A stretch of 64,000 bases of DNA from Eledone cirrhosa (GCA_964016885.1 OZ024743.1:178560001-178624000), one strand, 5' to 3'; positions 1-15,934 are shown, counted from the stretch's first letter. Numbers and translations: made by a program. The notes: a model not told the origin generated them from the letters alone.

Positions 1-2097
<2,097 letters not shown>

Positions 2098-2138
2098 ATA
2101 TAATCAATAACAAAGAAACGCCTATAGCATATGCATAT

Positions 2139-2196
2139 CTTTACTTGCTAACATTGTTTCATCCGCACTATAAGTGGGACTCATCAGAGCATAAAG
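2139..2196 (-). ncRNA. Minimal type I hammerhead ribozyme (F1)
   Basis: Minus strand: ugcu CUGAUGA gucc-cacuuauagugc-ggau GAAA caaug UU agca. Confidence 0.8.
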
Positions 2197-4016
2197 ATTA
2201 ATTACATACCACACAAGCAATAACAAATCCAAGACATTGAAGAAATAAAGAATGAAAAATAAAAGATAAAAGATATTGAGGAAGTAAAAATAAAAATAAA
2301 AATAAAAATAAAAATAAACATTGAAAAATAAACAATGAAAAATAATTGAAAAATAAGGGGTGCTATCAGTCACAGTTGGGCGGGGTGCTGTCAACATATA
2401 GTTACATACAAGCATACACATGGATAAGAGAACAGACAAGAATAGATAAGATAGATAGGATTAGGTAAGAGTAGATAAAAAATAGGTGAAAAATAGGTAA
2501 AAAATAGACTTATAATATATATAAGAAAGTATAAAAAAAAAAACATACATATAAAATATAAAATATACAGATAATAGTGATACAGGGTAAGGAATGAAAT
2601 AAAATAGAATAAAATAATATAAAATTAAAATTAAAATAATATAATATAAGATATAATTAAATAAATAAAATTAAATAAATAAAATTAAATAAAATGAAAT
2701 GAAATAAAATAAAATAAAATAAAATAAAGTAAATTGAGATAAGATATATATTTTTTTAGAATATATTTCTTGAATATATCAGGGGCCCACGAAGACACTA
2801 AGTGTCACAGTTATCAGTATCACTTGACCATTGCAATGCAATGGAGACGTCCCAGGTTGGGCAGTCTCAAAAGTTCACTCGAAAGTCACGGGTGTGCATT
2901 CGCACAGTTGGTGTGTATAATCTTGAGATGTCCCAATGCGGTGATTTCATGATATTGGCTCTTGAAGCTATTTTTTATATATCTTTTATTTTTTATATAT
3001 CTTTTGTATGCGCTGTTGAGTATGCATATTAACCCGCCTGACCCAACTGTGTCTGCTTGCTTTCGGCTAGCCCGCCTGCACCTGCTTGCTTTCGGCCCAC
3101 CTGTCTGCCTCTTGCTGCTGCACGTGAATTCTCCTACCTTCCTTCGATGTACCTCTGTTGACCATTGGACTCCTTCCCGGGTGTGAACCGGTTTGTGATT
3201 ACCCCACCGCTCAACTGTGCGAATGCACACCCGTGACATTCGAGTGAACTTTTGAGACTGCCCAACCTGGGACGTCTCCATTGCATTGCAATGGTCAAGT
3301 GATACTGATAACTGTGACACTTAGTACCTTCGTGGGCCCCTGATATATTCAAGAAATATATTCTAAAAAAATATATATCTTATCTCAACTTACTTTATTT
3401 TATTTTATTTTATTTTATTTCATTTCATTTTATTTCATTTTATTTATTTTATTTTATTTATTTAATTATATCTTATATTATATTATTTTATTTTAGTTTA
3501 TTTTATTTTATTTTAGTTTATTTTATTTTATTTTATTTTATCTTATTTTATTATTATATTATATTATATTATATTTTATATAATTTTAATTTTAATTTTA
3601 TATTATTTTATTCTATTTTATTTCATTCCTTACCCTGTATCACTATTATCTGTATATTTTATATTTTATATGTATGTTTTTTTTTTATACTTTCTTATAT
3701 ATATTATAAGTCTATTTTTTACCTATTTTCACCTATTTTTTATCTACTCTTACCTAATCCTATCTATCTTATCTATTCTTGTCTGTTCTCTTATCCATGT
3801 GTATGCTTGTATGTAACTATATGTTGACAGCACCCCGCCCAACTGTGACTGATAGCACCCCTTATTTTTCAATTATTTTTCATTGTTTATTTTTATTTTT
3901 ATTTTTATTTTTATTTTTATTTTTACTTCCTCAATATCTTTTATCTTTTATTATTTTTCATTCTTTATTTCTTCAATGTCTTGGATTTGTTATTGCTTGT
4001 GTGGTATGTAATTAAC

Positions 4017-4074
4017 CTTTATGCTCTGATGAGTCCCACTTATAGTGCAGATGAAACAATGTTAGCAAGTAAAG
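4017..4074 (+). ncRNA. Minimal type I hammerhead ribozyme (F1), one stem II mismatch
   Basis: tgct CTGATGA(4026-4032) gtcc...agat GAAA(4053-4056) caatg TT agca. Confidence 0.75.
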
Positions 4075-4211
4075 ATATGCATATGCTATAGGCGTTCTTT
4101 GTTATTGATTATATCACGGCTCTGTCCTCAGACATCGAGCTAACCTTATACTGCCTGTTGGATAAGTGGAGTATTATACACCCCTGATCCTCTCCCTAGT
4201 ATACTATATAA

Positions 4212-4350
<139 letters not shown>

Positions 4351-4487
4351 AATATATATATATATAAATATATATATATATATGTATATATAAATATATA
4401 TATATATGTATATATATATATATGTATATATATAAATATATATATATATATGTATATATAAATATATATATATATATGTATATATAA

Positions 4488-4536
<49 letters not shown>

Positions 4537-4594
4537 AATATATATATATATATGTATATATAAATATATATATATATATATGTATATATATATG

Positions 4595-4653
<59 letters not shown>

Positions 4654-4749
4654 GTATATATATATGTATATATATATATGTGTAAATATATATATATATA
4701 TATGTATATATATAAATATATTTTTATATGTATATATATAAATATATAC

Positions 4750-4813
<64 letters not shown>

Positions 4814-4816
<3 letters not shown>

Positions 4817-4899
4817 AAAGTTTTATTTAAAATTGTTGGGATACAACAAGTAAATATTTTTATAACTGATATAAAGCACTTGACAAGTATTTGGAGTAG

Positions 4900-4948
<49 letters not shown>

Positions 4949-5009
4949 AATATATATATATATATATATATAAATATATATATATAAATATATATATAGA
5001 TATATAAGT

Positions 5010-5046
<37 letters not shown>

Positions 5047-6451
5047 CGATATTAAACAAATGGAAACTACATTTATAAAACCATATTTATTTCATTATAT
5101 ATATTTCAGGGATATCATATTAAAAATATGGTATGCCCTCTTCAGACAAAATACAATATATAAACAGTTTTATAAATAAATTTGACATACCTTGGAAAAT
5201 TTACAACTTCCATTTAAAAAGTTGTTATGGTAAGAGAATGTTAATGACAGTTAGAAAGAAAGACGGAGAAAAAAGAAAAAAGAAAAAGAAGGAAAAAACG
5301 AAAAAGAAAGAGCGGAAGGTGAAGAAGATGAAGAAATGTATGTAAAGAGAGATATATGAGGGAAGGGGGTACTGTAATTATTTATTTATTTATTTATTTA
5401 TTTAGTGTTAAGGATACGGGGAGAAATAAAACAAAAACAAAAATAAATAAGGAGAGGTAGATCGAGTAATATCTATTATACGAGGTGGGAGAGATAGGGG
5501 AGGGGTGAGATACAGGAGATAGAGTTAAAATAGCCGATACATACGTCCCGTTAAATGTAGAGGGAGGAGGAGAGGAGATATACTTAGAAATAAAAATGAT
5601 AGTTTTAAAATATTATGTTTCATCAGTCTATCAATTCCTATGAATTATAATGTAAATATCAATATTCATGAATGAGACACATATCAATAATGTGTGAAAA
5701 AATAATGACTATATGTTTAGTTTAAAGATTCTTAGGTTTACAATCAAAATCTGAAATAAAACTTCAAAAAAAAAATACTGAAATACACAAGTATATATGT
5801 ATTTTCATGAGAAAAGAGAAAAAAAGAAAAAGAGAAAGAAAAAGAGAAGGTTATCTCAAATTGACATTATAGACATATGTGAGCCCACGTGAACAGCTCT
5901 GTAAATTTTTATTTCACATGAAAAGCTTCATTGCGTTAAAATAGATTTTACCGTACATATATGTACATACATACATACATATACATAAAATATACATTAT
6001 TAGTAATAATAATAATATTCTTGCCCTCTCATACATGATTATCGTTCAAGCATAGAATAGAACAGATATCAATATATTAAAATATTAAAATATTAAAAAC
6101 GCCAAGAATATTTCACTCCCCAGAATATCTAGGGCCGTAAAAAACACATTGTGCCCCGCATATCAATCAATCCTTCCAATTTATTTGACAATATATTGCC
6201 AAGTTCATTAGAAGCAATCAGAATCAAAAGCAAACAAAACCAAAATTATTCACCAAACTTATTTAGCAGAAATCATTCAAAAAAACTTTAGGATACCCGG
6301 TTGTTCTACAGATGCTCTTATATTTATTATAGAAGTTTATCTAGCTTAAAAAATTAATATCGTAAAATACTCCAAAATCTGTTGAGTGCTTTCATATCAG
6401 TTATAAAATATTTACTCGTTGTAACCCAACAATTTTAAATAAATTTTTGCA
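4814..6451 (-). mobile_element. HHR element family F2, diverged copy
   Basis: 5047-6250 is patchily homologous to 13447-14680. The F2 tail occurs in inverted orientation at 4814-4900 and 6360-6451 (compare 15780-15868). Confidence 0.7.
5089..5156 (-). ncRNA. Type I hammerhead ribozyme (F2)
   Basis: Minus strand: uauuuugu CUGAAGA gggcauacc...gauaucccu GAAA uauaua UA augaaaua; 8-bp stem I with GU pairs. Confidence 0.72.
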
Positions 6452-6710
6452 TATATATATATATAAAAAATATATATATTCATAAAAACTGTGATAATTA
6501 TTGCTATTTTGCTGAACTCCTTTGTAGAGTTTTTTTCAGAATGTATTTGACTGCTATTTCTTGTAAATAAACATTCACTTCCATCCTGACGTCACTAGCC
6601 CCGTTTTTTCCTCATGTGCTTTTACATAAATACACATGAAGGCGAACTAGTCAGTTTTAGAATTCCCTTTTTCGGACTATATTACTGTGAGAGCCCTGGT
6701 TTTCTGTTGA

Positions 6711-6792
6711 GCTCTGCTGATGAATGATATTCCAACCGTGACCATCTCCACTGAAAGTTTTCATGAAATAGTCATTTAAGACTATACAGAGC
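6711..6792 (+). ncRNA. Type I hammerhead ribozyme with full stem III
   Basis: gctctg CTGATGA atga...tcat GAAA tagtc-atttaa-gacta TA cagagc: 6-bp stem I, 4-bp stem II with 33-nt loop, stem III hairpin. Confidence 0.85.
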
Positions 6793-7100
6793 ATTTGATG
6801 TTATTCCAAATTGAAGGATAAGTGTTTCAAACTTTGTTTTATCATGAGTTAAAGGTCTATAGATTTTTCCCTGGATTTTACTAAATTCTGTGGATGAATT
6901 TGTATCCTGATTCTCTTTTGAGATGAGTTTGAGTTATTTTTCCTAAATCTTTCGTTAACTACTTTTCCCATCTTGACGTTATAGTCGCATATATGTTATA
7001 GAATGCCGTTAGCTTCTTGCTAAAACAATCTCTATACCTTTCATTTATATATAAATATATATATATATATATGTAAATATATATATATATGTAAATATAT

Positions 7101-7173
<73 letters not shown>

Positions 7174-7196
7174 AATATATATATATATATGTAAAT

Positions 7197-7391
<195 letters not shown>

Positions 7392-7410
7392 AATATATAT
7401 ATATATAAAT

Positions 7411-7443
<33 letters not shown>

Positions 7444-7446
7444 AAT

Positions 7447-7527
<81 letters not shown>

Positions 7528-7530
7528 AAT

Positions 7531-7611
<81 letters not shown>

Positions 7612-7785
7612 AATATATTGGTAAACGGAATAGAAAATGCTGACAAATTGTTCACAGTTGAAAAATGGTTTAATTAGGAATAAAAGAGTATTAGTGATTG
7701 TATGGGTTAGTATTCAGTTGTGGTTTTAAGTTTTTAAGTTTTTACCGGTTGCGCATTTCTAAATGCTTTTCAAAAATAATAGATC

Positions 7786-9036
7786 TTGGAGAACAATTAC
7801 TTCGTTTTCAATAACAAACCCTACAGGCAGAAATCTGGGACCGCTATGGGAACGAAAACAGCCCCTACGTATGCCAACCTAGTCATGGGATACCTGGAAA
7901 TCACCCTCTACACTAAAGTCCTAAACAAATTTGGAAACACCTTCCACTTACACATTGAAAGGAACTGGAAGCGATATCTTGATGACTGCTTCATCCTTTG
8001 GCACGAAAACATCGAAAAACTTAAAGAATTTCACACCCTTATAAATGGGCTCAACACAAATATTAACTTCACAATGGAATACAGCCATCAACAACTCCCC
8101 TTCCTCGACATCCTCATTAAGATCCATAACAAAAAAATAGAAACAGACATATACTACAAGCCCACAGACTCCAAGCAATACCTCCCCTTCAACTCTTGCC
8201 ACCCTAGACACGTTAAAATTAATATTCCCTACAACTTAGCCAAGAGAATCTGTACTATAGTCTCCAATAAAAACATCTGCTACTTACGGCTACAAGAACT
8301 AAAGGACACACTCATAGGCAGGGACTACCCTGCATCACTAATTGACAATGGAATCCAACGTGCCCTAAAACTCAGTACCCAGGACCTTAGACACCCTAAA
8401 GTAAATCAACCAAAACTAAAAGCTCTTCCATACATCTCCACACACAACCCCCTCAACAACGAGGCCTTTGACACCATCCTCCAGAACATCCCTGTATTGA
8501 AAAAGGACCATAGAATGAACCAAATTCTACGAACACACGATATCATAAAAAGCAAAAGACAATCCAAGTCAATGAAAAACATCTTAACACATGCCAAAGT
8601 ACTGCCAACCACAACAACGAAACCCACAGTAAAAAAATGCGATAGACCCAACTGTGGCATTTGCATCAACCTAATAGAGGGTTCGGAATTCTATTTCAAA
8701 GATGGACAACGTTTTATAGTAAAACACAATTTCACATGTGCATCGGAAAATTTAATATATGTATTAACTTGTTCAGGTTGTCGAGAACAATACATAGGCC
8801 AGACCAAAAACAGCCTCCGCCAACGCATGACTGTCCATAGATCCCAAATTAAAATACGGGAATACAGGAAAATACCACTGAGTGAACACATTGATACCTG
8901 CGCCGCCCAAAATCATCCCAACTTCAGAATCTTTCCCCTCTACAAATTTAAAGATAATGCCACCCACACCCAGCGCATCAGCAAGGAATCTTACTTCATT
9001 AACAAATACGGACCCCGTCTAAACACTTCTCCCTAA
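7786..9036 (+). CDS. PLE reverse transcriptase (C-terminal half) plus GIY-YIG endonuclease, uninterrupted frame
   Basis: GTAMGTKTAPTYANL, WKRYLDD, LPFLD, YYKPTD...SCHP, CDRPNCGIC linker, LIY...C..C...YIGQT...R...H, E..FI......LN. Confidence 0.92.
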   Translation: MENNYFVFNNKPYRQKSGTAMGTKTAPTYANLVMGYLEITLYTKVLNKFGNTFHLHIERNWKRYLDDCFILWHENIEKLKEFHTLINGLNTNINFTMEYSHQQLPFLDILIKIHNKKIETDIYYKPTDSKQYLPFNSCHPRHVKINIPYNLAKRICTIVSNKNICYLRLQELKDTLIGRDYPASLIDNGIQRALKLSTQDLRHPKVNQPKLKALPYISTHNPLNNEAFDTILQNIPVLKKDHRMNQILRTHDIIKSKRQSKSMKNILTHAKVLPTTTTKPTVKKCDRPNCGICINLIEGSEFYFKDGQRFIVKHNFTCASENLIYVLTCSGCREQYIGQTKNSLRQRMTVHRSQIKIREYRKIPLSEHIDTCAAQNHPNFRIFPLYKFKDNATHTQRISKESYFINKYGPRLNTSP

Positions 9037-9214
9037 GACGAACCCACAACATACACACGTCAACATACATACCTACATCAGCACACATCTCTACCCACAT
9101 ATAGACACAATGACACACGTAAACACACATGCTCTATGGTGCAATACAAAAAAATATATGTGCATATATATGTATGTATATATGTATATATATATATATA
9201 TGTATGTAGTGAAA

Positions 9215-9250
<36 letters not shown>

Positions 9251-9662
9251 ATATATGTGTATATAGTGAATATCATTTCACACCTTTTATTGTTAAGATT
9301 GTTGATGTTCTATTAAGAGAACCGATTTTACTGAAAAAATCGAATAATGTACACCATTTTACCAAGGGGGGAAAAAAATACTGGTCCACCCACACACGCA
9401 CACACACACACACACACATATATACACAGACACATACACACGCGTACATCAACATACAAAGAGACTTATACACACACACACACACACACACGCACTTCTC
9501 CGTATAAGACAAAAGCTGAAAAATATCTTTTGACCTTCGAATGACTCTGCTGTGTGTATGTACGCACACACACACACACACACACACACACTTATCTTAA
9601 TAGCCATTTGACACACATCGCTGGTGGCTATTGTCGCAGCATCGAATACCTTACTACTACTA

Positions 9663-9718
<56 letters not shown>

Positions 9719-10039
9719 TTGTTGTGAAAGAGTCATTTCTCAATCTTGGCGCAAAACCAATTTTTTATCCACATGACCTCTACCGACCAATCAAAATTGT
9801 TTTGACCATAATCTTTGCTGGAGCCACTTTTCTAACATTTTAACATAAAAACAGTCTTGGCGCAAAATCAACTTTTTACATTCACATGACCTCTACCGAC
9901 CAATCAAAATTGTTTTGACCACAAGCATTTTTACAACACAAAAATAACGCTGGAGCCATTTTTTTAACATAAAAACAGGTAGAATTCCCAAAACTAATCA
10001 GATCAGAGCAAACAGCACGGACACTCTATCTCAAAATTA

Positions 10040-10077
10040 TTTTTGAAAAGCATTTAGAAATGCGCAACCGGTAAAAA
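10040..10077 (+). ncRNA. Variant hammerhead-like motif (U3-A8, A13C); mirror copy at 7739-7780 (-)
   Basis: ttt TTGAAAA gcattt-ag-aaatgc GCAA ccgg TA aaa; same layout as 18608-18645. Confidence 0.5.
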
Positions 10078-10262
10078 CTTAAAAACTTAAAACCACAACT
10101 GAATACTAACCCATACAATCACTAATACTCTTTTATTCCTAATTAAACCATTTTTCAACTGTGAACAATTTGTCAGCATTTTCTATTCCGTTTACCAATA
10201 TATAATAACTTGTGTGTTACACCTCTATTCTTTTAACTATATAAATATATATATATATAAAT

Positions 10263-10311
<49 letters not shown>

Positions 10312-10312
10312 A

Positions 10313-10361
<49 letters not shown>

Positions 10362-10397
10362 AATATATATATACATATAAATATATATATAAATATA

Positions 10398-10447
<50 letters not shown>

Positions 10448-10468
10448 AATATATATAAATATATAAAT

Positions 10469-10499
<31 letters not shown>

Positions 10500-10502
10500 A
10501 AT

Positions 10503-10583
<81 letters not shown>

Positions 10584-10633
10584 TATAAATATATATATAT
10601 ATAAATATATATATATATAAATATATATATATG

Positions 10634-10673
<40 letters not shown>

Positions 10674-10704
10674 TATATATATATAAATATATATATATAT
10701 AAAT

Positions 10705-10787
<83 letters not shown>

Positions 10788-10824
10788 AATATATATATAT
10801 AAATATACATATATATAAATATAT

Positions 10825-10859
<35 letters not shown>

Positions 10860-10878
10860 AATATATATATATATAAAT

Positions 10879-10915
<37 letters not shown>

Positions 10916-10918
10916 AAT

Positions 10919-10991
<73 letters not shown>

Positions 10992-11022
10992 AATATATAT
11001 ATATAAATATATATATATAAAT

Positions 11023-11565
11023 ATAAAATATTAAACAAATAATGAATAAACAATTCCTTATATTAAACAAAAAAAGTTCATTATTTAACGATCGTTTCTA
11101 GGATATATATGTGTTAGAATTGGTATGCATATTCAACAGATCTATGTACAAAATTATACAAAATTATACAAATTATCAAGATTAAATATACATACCAAAC
11201 ACATATATACGCCGTCTTCAGAAATAATTATTTCTGAAGACGGCGTATATATGTGTTTGGTATGTATATTTAATCTTGATAATTTGTATAATTTTGTATA
11301 ATTTTGTACATAGATCTGTTGAATATGCATACCAATTCTAACACATATATATCCTAGAAACGATCGTTAAATAATGAACTTTTTTTGTTTAATATAAGGA
11401 ATTGTTTATTCATTATTTGTTTAATATTTTATCTTGACTCTGTATACCGTTTATCTTTCACCGAAAGTGATTTTTCATTACATCTCTTCTTTCCATGATA
11501 TCCGGAATACATTGAGTTCTTCATACGGATTGGACACTACCGTAAACTCTTGGTAGATTTATCTA
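11023..11565 (+). mobile_element. Spacer-less ~410 bp palindrome with two back-to-back HHRs plus tail (family F3)
   Basis: Palindrome 11023-11432 centred at 11227/11228; tail 11433-11565; (TA)n flanks. Confidence 0.8.
11227..11375 (+). ncRNA. Hammerhead ribozyme with ~115-nt stem II; mirror copy at 11080-11228 (-)
   Basis: attattt CTGAAGA c[ggcgtatatatgtgtt...aacacatatatatcct]a GAAA cgatcg TT aaataat. Confidence 0.72.
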
Positions 11566-11566
11566 C

Positions 11567-11609
<43 letters not shown>

Positions 11610-11619
11610 TATATATAAA

Positions 11620-13084
11620 TATATCATAAAACATGTCTATAGAATCACAAGATAAAATATATACTATTTCCTCTCCCAATTAGCATAATTAACTATATAA
11701 AAAATCGAATAGACCAGGCTATACGAATGAGGTTTCTATGAAAGAATCTCCAACAAATAACCAAAACTAGCGCTTCGCGTCGGCTGCATTGGAATATTTA
11801 TCGAATATTTCGACAGCGTAATCGCCTAGATACAGTCAACTAAGCAGAATTGGGTTTAAAATAAACTAGGAGAAAATAGAATACACTTAAATACCTCTAC
11901 CATGGTTTCGTCCGTGTTTTGAGTTATCCAATAATTATGTAATAATTATATGAACTCGAGCGCCGGATTCTTCAGGAAGCTCGCTCATATCTAGACATTA
12001 AATTTTCCAAGACGATCGCGCCAAGAATTCATTTCAAAATGGTTAAAAATCGTGACGTAGTCGCGGTCAATTTGGAAGGGGTGTGTTAGTTGCTTACGAC
12101 TGGTGGCATTTTTGCTAGAAAGCACAGCGCAATACAGCCAAATTTATGGCGCAACCTAGTGGGAGATTATTACATATAAAAGTTTACATATATATATACA
12201 TACACATACATATACGTGTTTTACAACTGGTCACTTTTTGGCTCAATGAAAAATTAATAAATTAAACAATCAGAGCTATATATCATAAAACATGTCTATA
12301 GAATCACAAGATGAAATATATACTATTTCCTCTCCCAATTAGCATAATTAACTATATAAAAAATCGAATAGACCAGGCTATATGAATGAGGCTTCTATGA
12401 AGGAATCTCCAACAAATAACCAAAACTAGCGCTCAACCCACTAGGTTGAGACACAAATTTGGCTGTATTGTGCTGTGCTTTCTAGCAAAAATGCCACCAG
12501 TCGTAAGCAACTACCACACCCCTTCCAACTTGACCGCGACTACGTCACGATTTTTAGCCATTTTGAAATGAATTCTTGGCGCGATCGTTTTGGAAAATTT
12601 AATGTCTAGATATGAGCGAGCTTCCTGAAGAATCCGGCGCTCGAGTTTATATAATTATTACATAATTATTGGATAACTCAAAACACGGACGAAACCATGG
12701 TAGAGGTATTTAAGTGTATTCTATTTTCTCCTAGTATATTTTAAACCTAATTCTGCTTAGTTGACTGTATCTACGCGATTACGCTGTCGAATTATTCGAT
12801 AAATATTCCAATGCGGCCGACGCGAAGCGCTAGTTTTGGTTATTTGTTGGAGATTCCTTCATAGAAGCCTCATTCGTATAGCCTGGTCTATTCGATTTTT
12901 TATATAGTTAATTATGCTAATTGGGAGAGGAAATATTATATATTTTATCTTGTGATTCTATAGACATGTTTTATGATATATAGCTCTGATTGTTTAATTT
13001 ATTAATTTTTCATTGAGCTAAAAAGTGACCAGTTGCAAAACACGTATATGAATGTGTATGTATATATGTAAACTTTTATATGTA
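11620..13084 (+). mobile_element. Non-coding ~659-bp HHR unit in partial tandem plus inverted arrangement (family F4)
   Basis: 11620-11773 is directly repeated at 12279-12432. 12438-13084 is the reverse complement of 11620-12163 plus 12172-12280. No ORF. Confidence 0.82.
12621..12706 (+). ncRNA. Hammerhead ribozyme (F4) with extended stem II; mirror copy at 11894-11979 (-)
   Basis: cttc CTGAAGA atccg...gagt...actc...cggac GAAA ccatgg TA gagg. Confidence 0.78.
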
Positions 13085-13097
13085 TATATAAATATAT

Positions 13098-13180
<83 letters not shown>

Positions 13181-13281
13181 TATATATATTTATATATATA
13201 TATAAAATATATATATATTTATATATTTATATATATATATTTATATATTTATATATATTTATATATTTATATATATATATT

Positions 13282-13342
<61 letters not shown>

Positions 13343-13375
13343 ATTTATATTTATATATATATTTATATTTATATT

Positions 13376-13406
<31 letters not shown>

Positions 13407-13445
13407 ATAAATATATATATATTTATATATATATATATATATATA

Positions 13446-15868
13446 TACGGTATTAAATAAATGGAAACTATATTTATAAAACCATATTTATTTCATTATA
13501 TATATTTCAGGGATATCATATTAAAAATATGTTATGCCTTCTTCAGACAAAATACAATATAAACAGTCTTATAAATAGATAGATTCGACATACCTTTCAA
13601 CTTCGACTTCTATTTGAAAAGTTGATTTGGTAGTGGAAAAAATATTAGGGACAGTTATAAAAAGAAAGAAAGAAAAACGAAGAAAAAGAAGAAATGCATG
13701 CAACTAAATAGAGAGAGATAGATATAGAGAGATAGATAGAGAGAAGAAATTCATGTAAAGAAACAGAGAGAGATATATAGAGAGAGGAAAAAAACACAGA
13801 GGGAAATAGATAGAGAGAGAGAGAGAGAAGAGAGGAGAGAGAGAGAGAGAGAGAAAATATAGAGAGATAGATATAGATAGAGATAGAGAGAAAGAAAATA
13901 GGTAGTTGTGCACCAGTTGAATGACGTATCAATGATATATTTATTTATTTATTTATTTATTTAGCTCTAGTATTAATGTAGAGAGAGATATATGTGGTTA
14001 AGAGAGAAAACAGCCGTTACATAGAGAGAAAAGAAAAATATCCAGACAAAAACGAGGCAGATTTAAATCACTATGTATCATCAATGTAAAAAATATCAAT
14101 TCGTATAAAACAGGCATTATAATGTAAATATCAGTATTCATGAATGAGACACGTATCAATAATGTGTGAAAAATAATGATCATATGTCTAGTTTAAAATT
14201 CATAGGTTTATATTAGAGTTGAGATAAAATAGAAGGTTATCCCAGATTTTATACTATATACATCCATGTGAATTTACGTGATCAGCTCTGCAAATTCCTA
14301 TTCACACGAAAACATTCTCATTGTGCTATAAAAATTCTAGTATACATATATGTGTATATACACACAAATATATATAGAGTCTACATTAATTTTAACAATA
14401 CTATTCATGTCTTTACTCTACATGATTATCGTTCAAGCATAAATAGAGAACAGATATCAATATATCAATAAAAATATCAGAAACAAAAAGTAAATAAAAA
14501 ACAAAAAATCAAAAAATACAAAAAAATATTAAAAATAAAAATAAAAATATTAAAAATATTAAAAATATTAAAATAAAAATGAAACATAGTATGCCCCGCA
14601 AATCAACCACAGAGATCAACCCTTCAAAGTTAATTGACAATATATTGCCAAGTTCGTTATAAGCATCAGAATCAAAATTATTTGATTTTTGGATTTTGGG
14701 ATTTTTGGATTTTTGGATTTTTTGATTTTTTGTTTTTTATTTACTTTTTGTTTCTGATATTTTTATTGATATATTGATATCTGTTCTCTATTTATGCTTG
14801 AACGATAATCATGTAGAGTAAAGACATGAATAGTATTGTTAAAATTAATGTAGACTCTATATATATTTGTGTGTATATACACATATATGTATACTAGAAT
14901 TTTTATAGCACAATGAGAATGTTTTCGTGTGAAATAGGAATTTGCAGAGCTGATCACGTAAATTCACATGGATGTATATAGTATAAAATCTGGGATAACC
15001 TTTTATTTTATCTCAACTCTAATATAAACCTATGAATTTTAAACTAGACATATGATCATTATTTTTCACACATTATTGATACGTGTCTCATTCATGAATA
15101 CTGATATTTACATTATAATGCCTGTTTTATACGAATTGATATTTTTTACATTGATGATACATAGTGATTTAAATCTGCCTCGTTTTTGTCTGGATATTTT
15201 TCTTTTCTCTCTATGTAACGGCTGTTTTCTCTCTTAACCACATATATCTCTCTCTACATTAATACTAGAGCTAAATAAATAAATAAATATATCATTGATA
15301 CGTCATTCAACTGGTGCACAACTACCTATTTTCTTTCTCTCTATCTCTATCTATATCTATCTCTCTATATTTTCTCTCTCTCTCTCTCCTCTCTTTTCTT
15401 TCTCTCTCTCTCTATCTATCTCCCTCTGTGTTTTTTACCTCTCTCTATATATCTCTCTCTGTTTCTTTACATGAATTTCTTCTCTCTATCTATCTCTCTA
15501 TATCTATCTATCTCTATTTAGTTGCATGCATTTCTTCTTTTTCTTCGTTTTTCTTTCTTTCTTTTTATAACTGTCCCTAATATTTTTTCCACTACCAAAT
15601 CAACTTTTCAAATAGAAGTCGAAGTTGAAAGGTATGTCGAATCTATCTATTTATAAGACTGTTTATATTGTATTTTGTTTGAAGAAGGCATAACATATTT
15701 TTAATATGATATCCCTGAAATATATATAATGAAATAAATATGGTTTTATAAATATAGTTTCCATTTATTTAATACCGTAAATATACTCCAAATACTTGTT
15801 GAGTGCTTTTATATCAGTTATAAATATTTACTCGTTGTTAACCCAACAATTTAAATAAAACTTTGCAT
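13446..15868 (+). mobile_element. Non-coding fold-back HHR element, family F2
   Basis: Arms ~13446-14515 and ~14715-15779 are near-identical inverted copies; tail 15780-15868; (TA)n flanks. Confidence 0.85.
13489..13554 (-). ncRNA. Hammerhead ribozyme (F2); + strand mirror 15671-15736 carries C3U
   Basis: Minus strand: uauuuugu CUGAAGA aggcauaac...gauaucccu GAAA uauaua UA augaaaua. The right arm reads TTGAAGA. Confidence 0.72.
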
Positions 15869-15869
15869 A

Positions 15870-15934
<65 letters not shown>

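Larger units (their letters stand above)
2098..4205 (+). mobile_element. Non-coding fold-back HHR element, family F1, copy a
   Basis: Arm 2098-2910 is the reverse complement of 3212-4114. One-sided tail 4115-4205, HHR near each outer end, (TA)n on both sides. Homologous to 60004-62913. Confidence 0.85.
7615..10238 (+). mobile_element. 5'-truncated Penelope-like element (Neptune-like) with inverted pLTR
   Basis: 7615-7780 is the reverse complement of 10037-10202; tail to about 10238; contains an RT/GIY-YIG ORF; flanked by (TA)n. Confidence 0.88.

Noticed and set aside
2770-3352. Short ORFs conserved between the F1 copies (MNISGAHE..., MSQLSVSL..., MSVLLSMC...)
   Set aside because: They recur only because of the repeat and palindrome; non-ATG starts, frames differ between copies, no recognisable domain.
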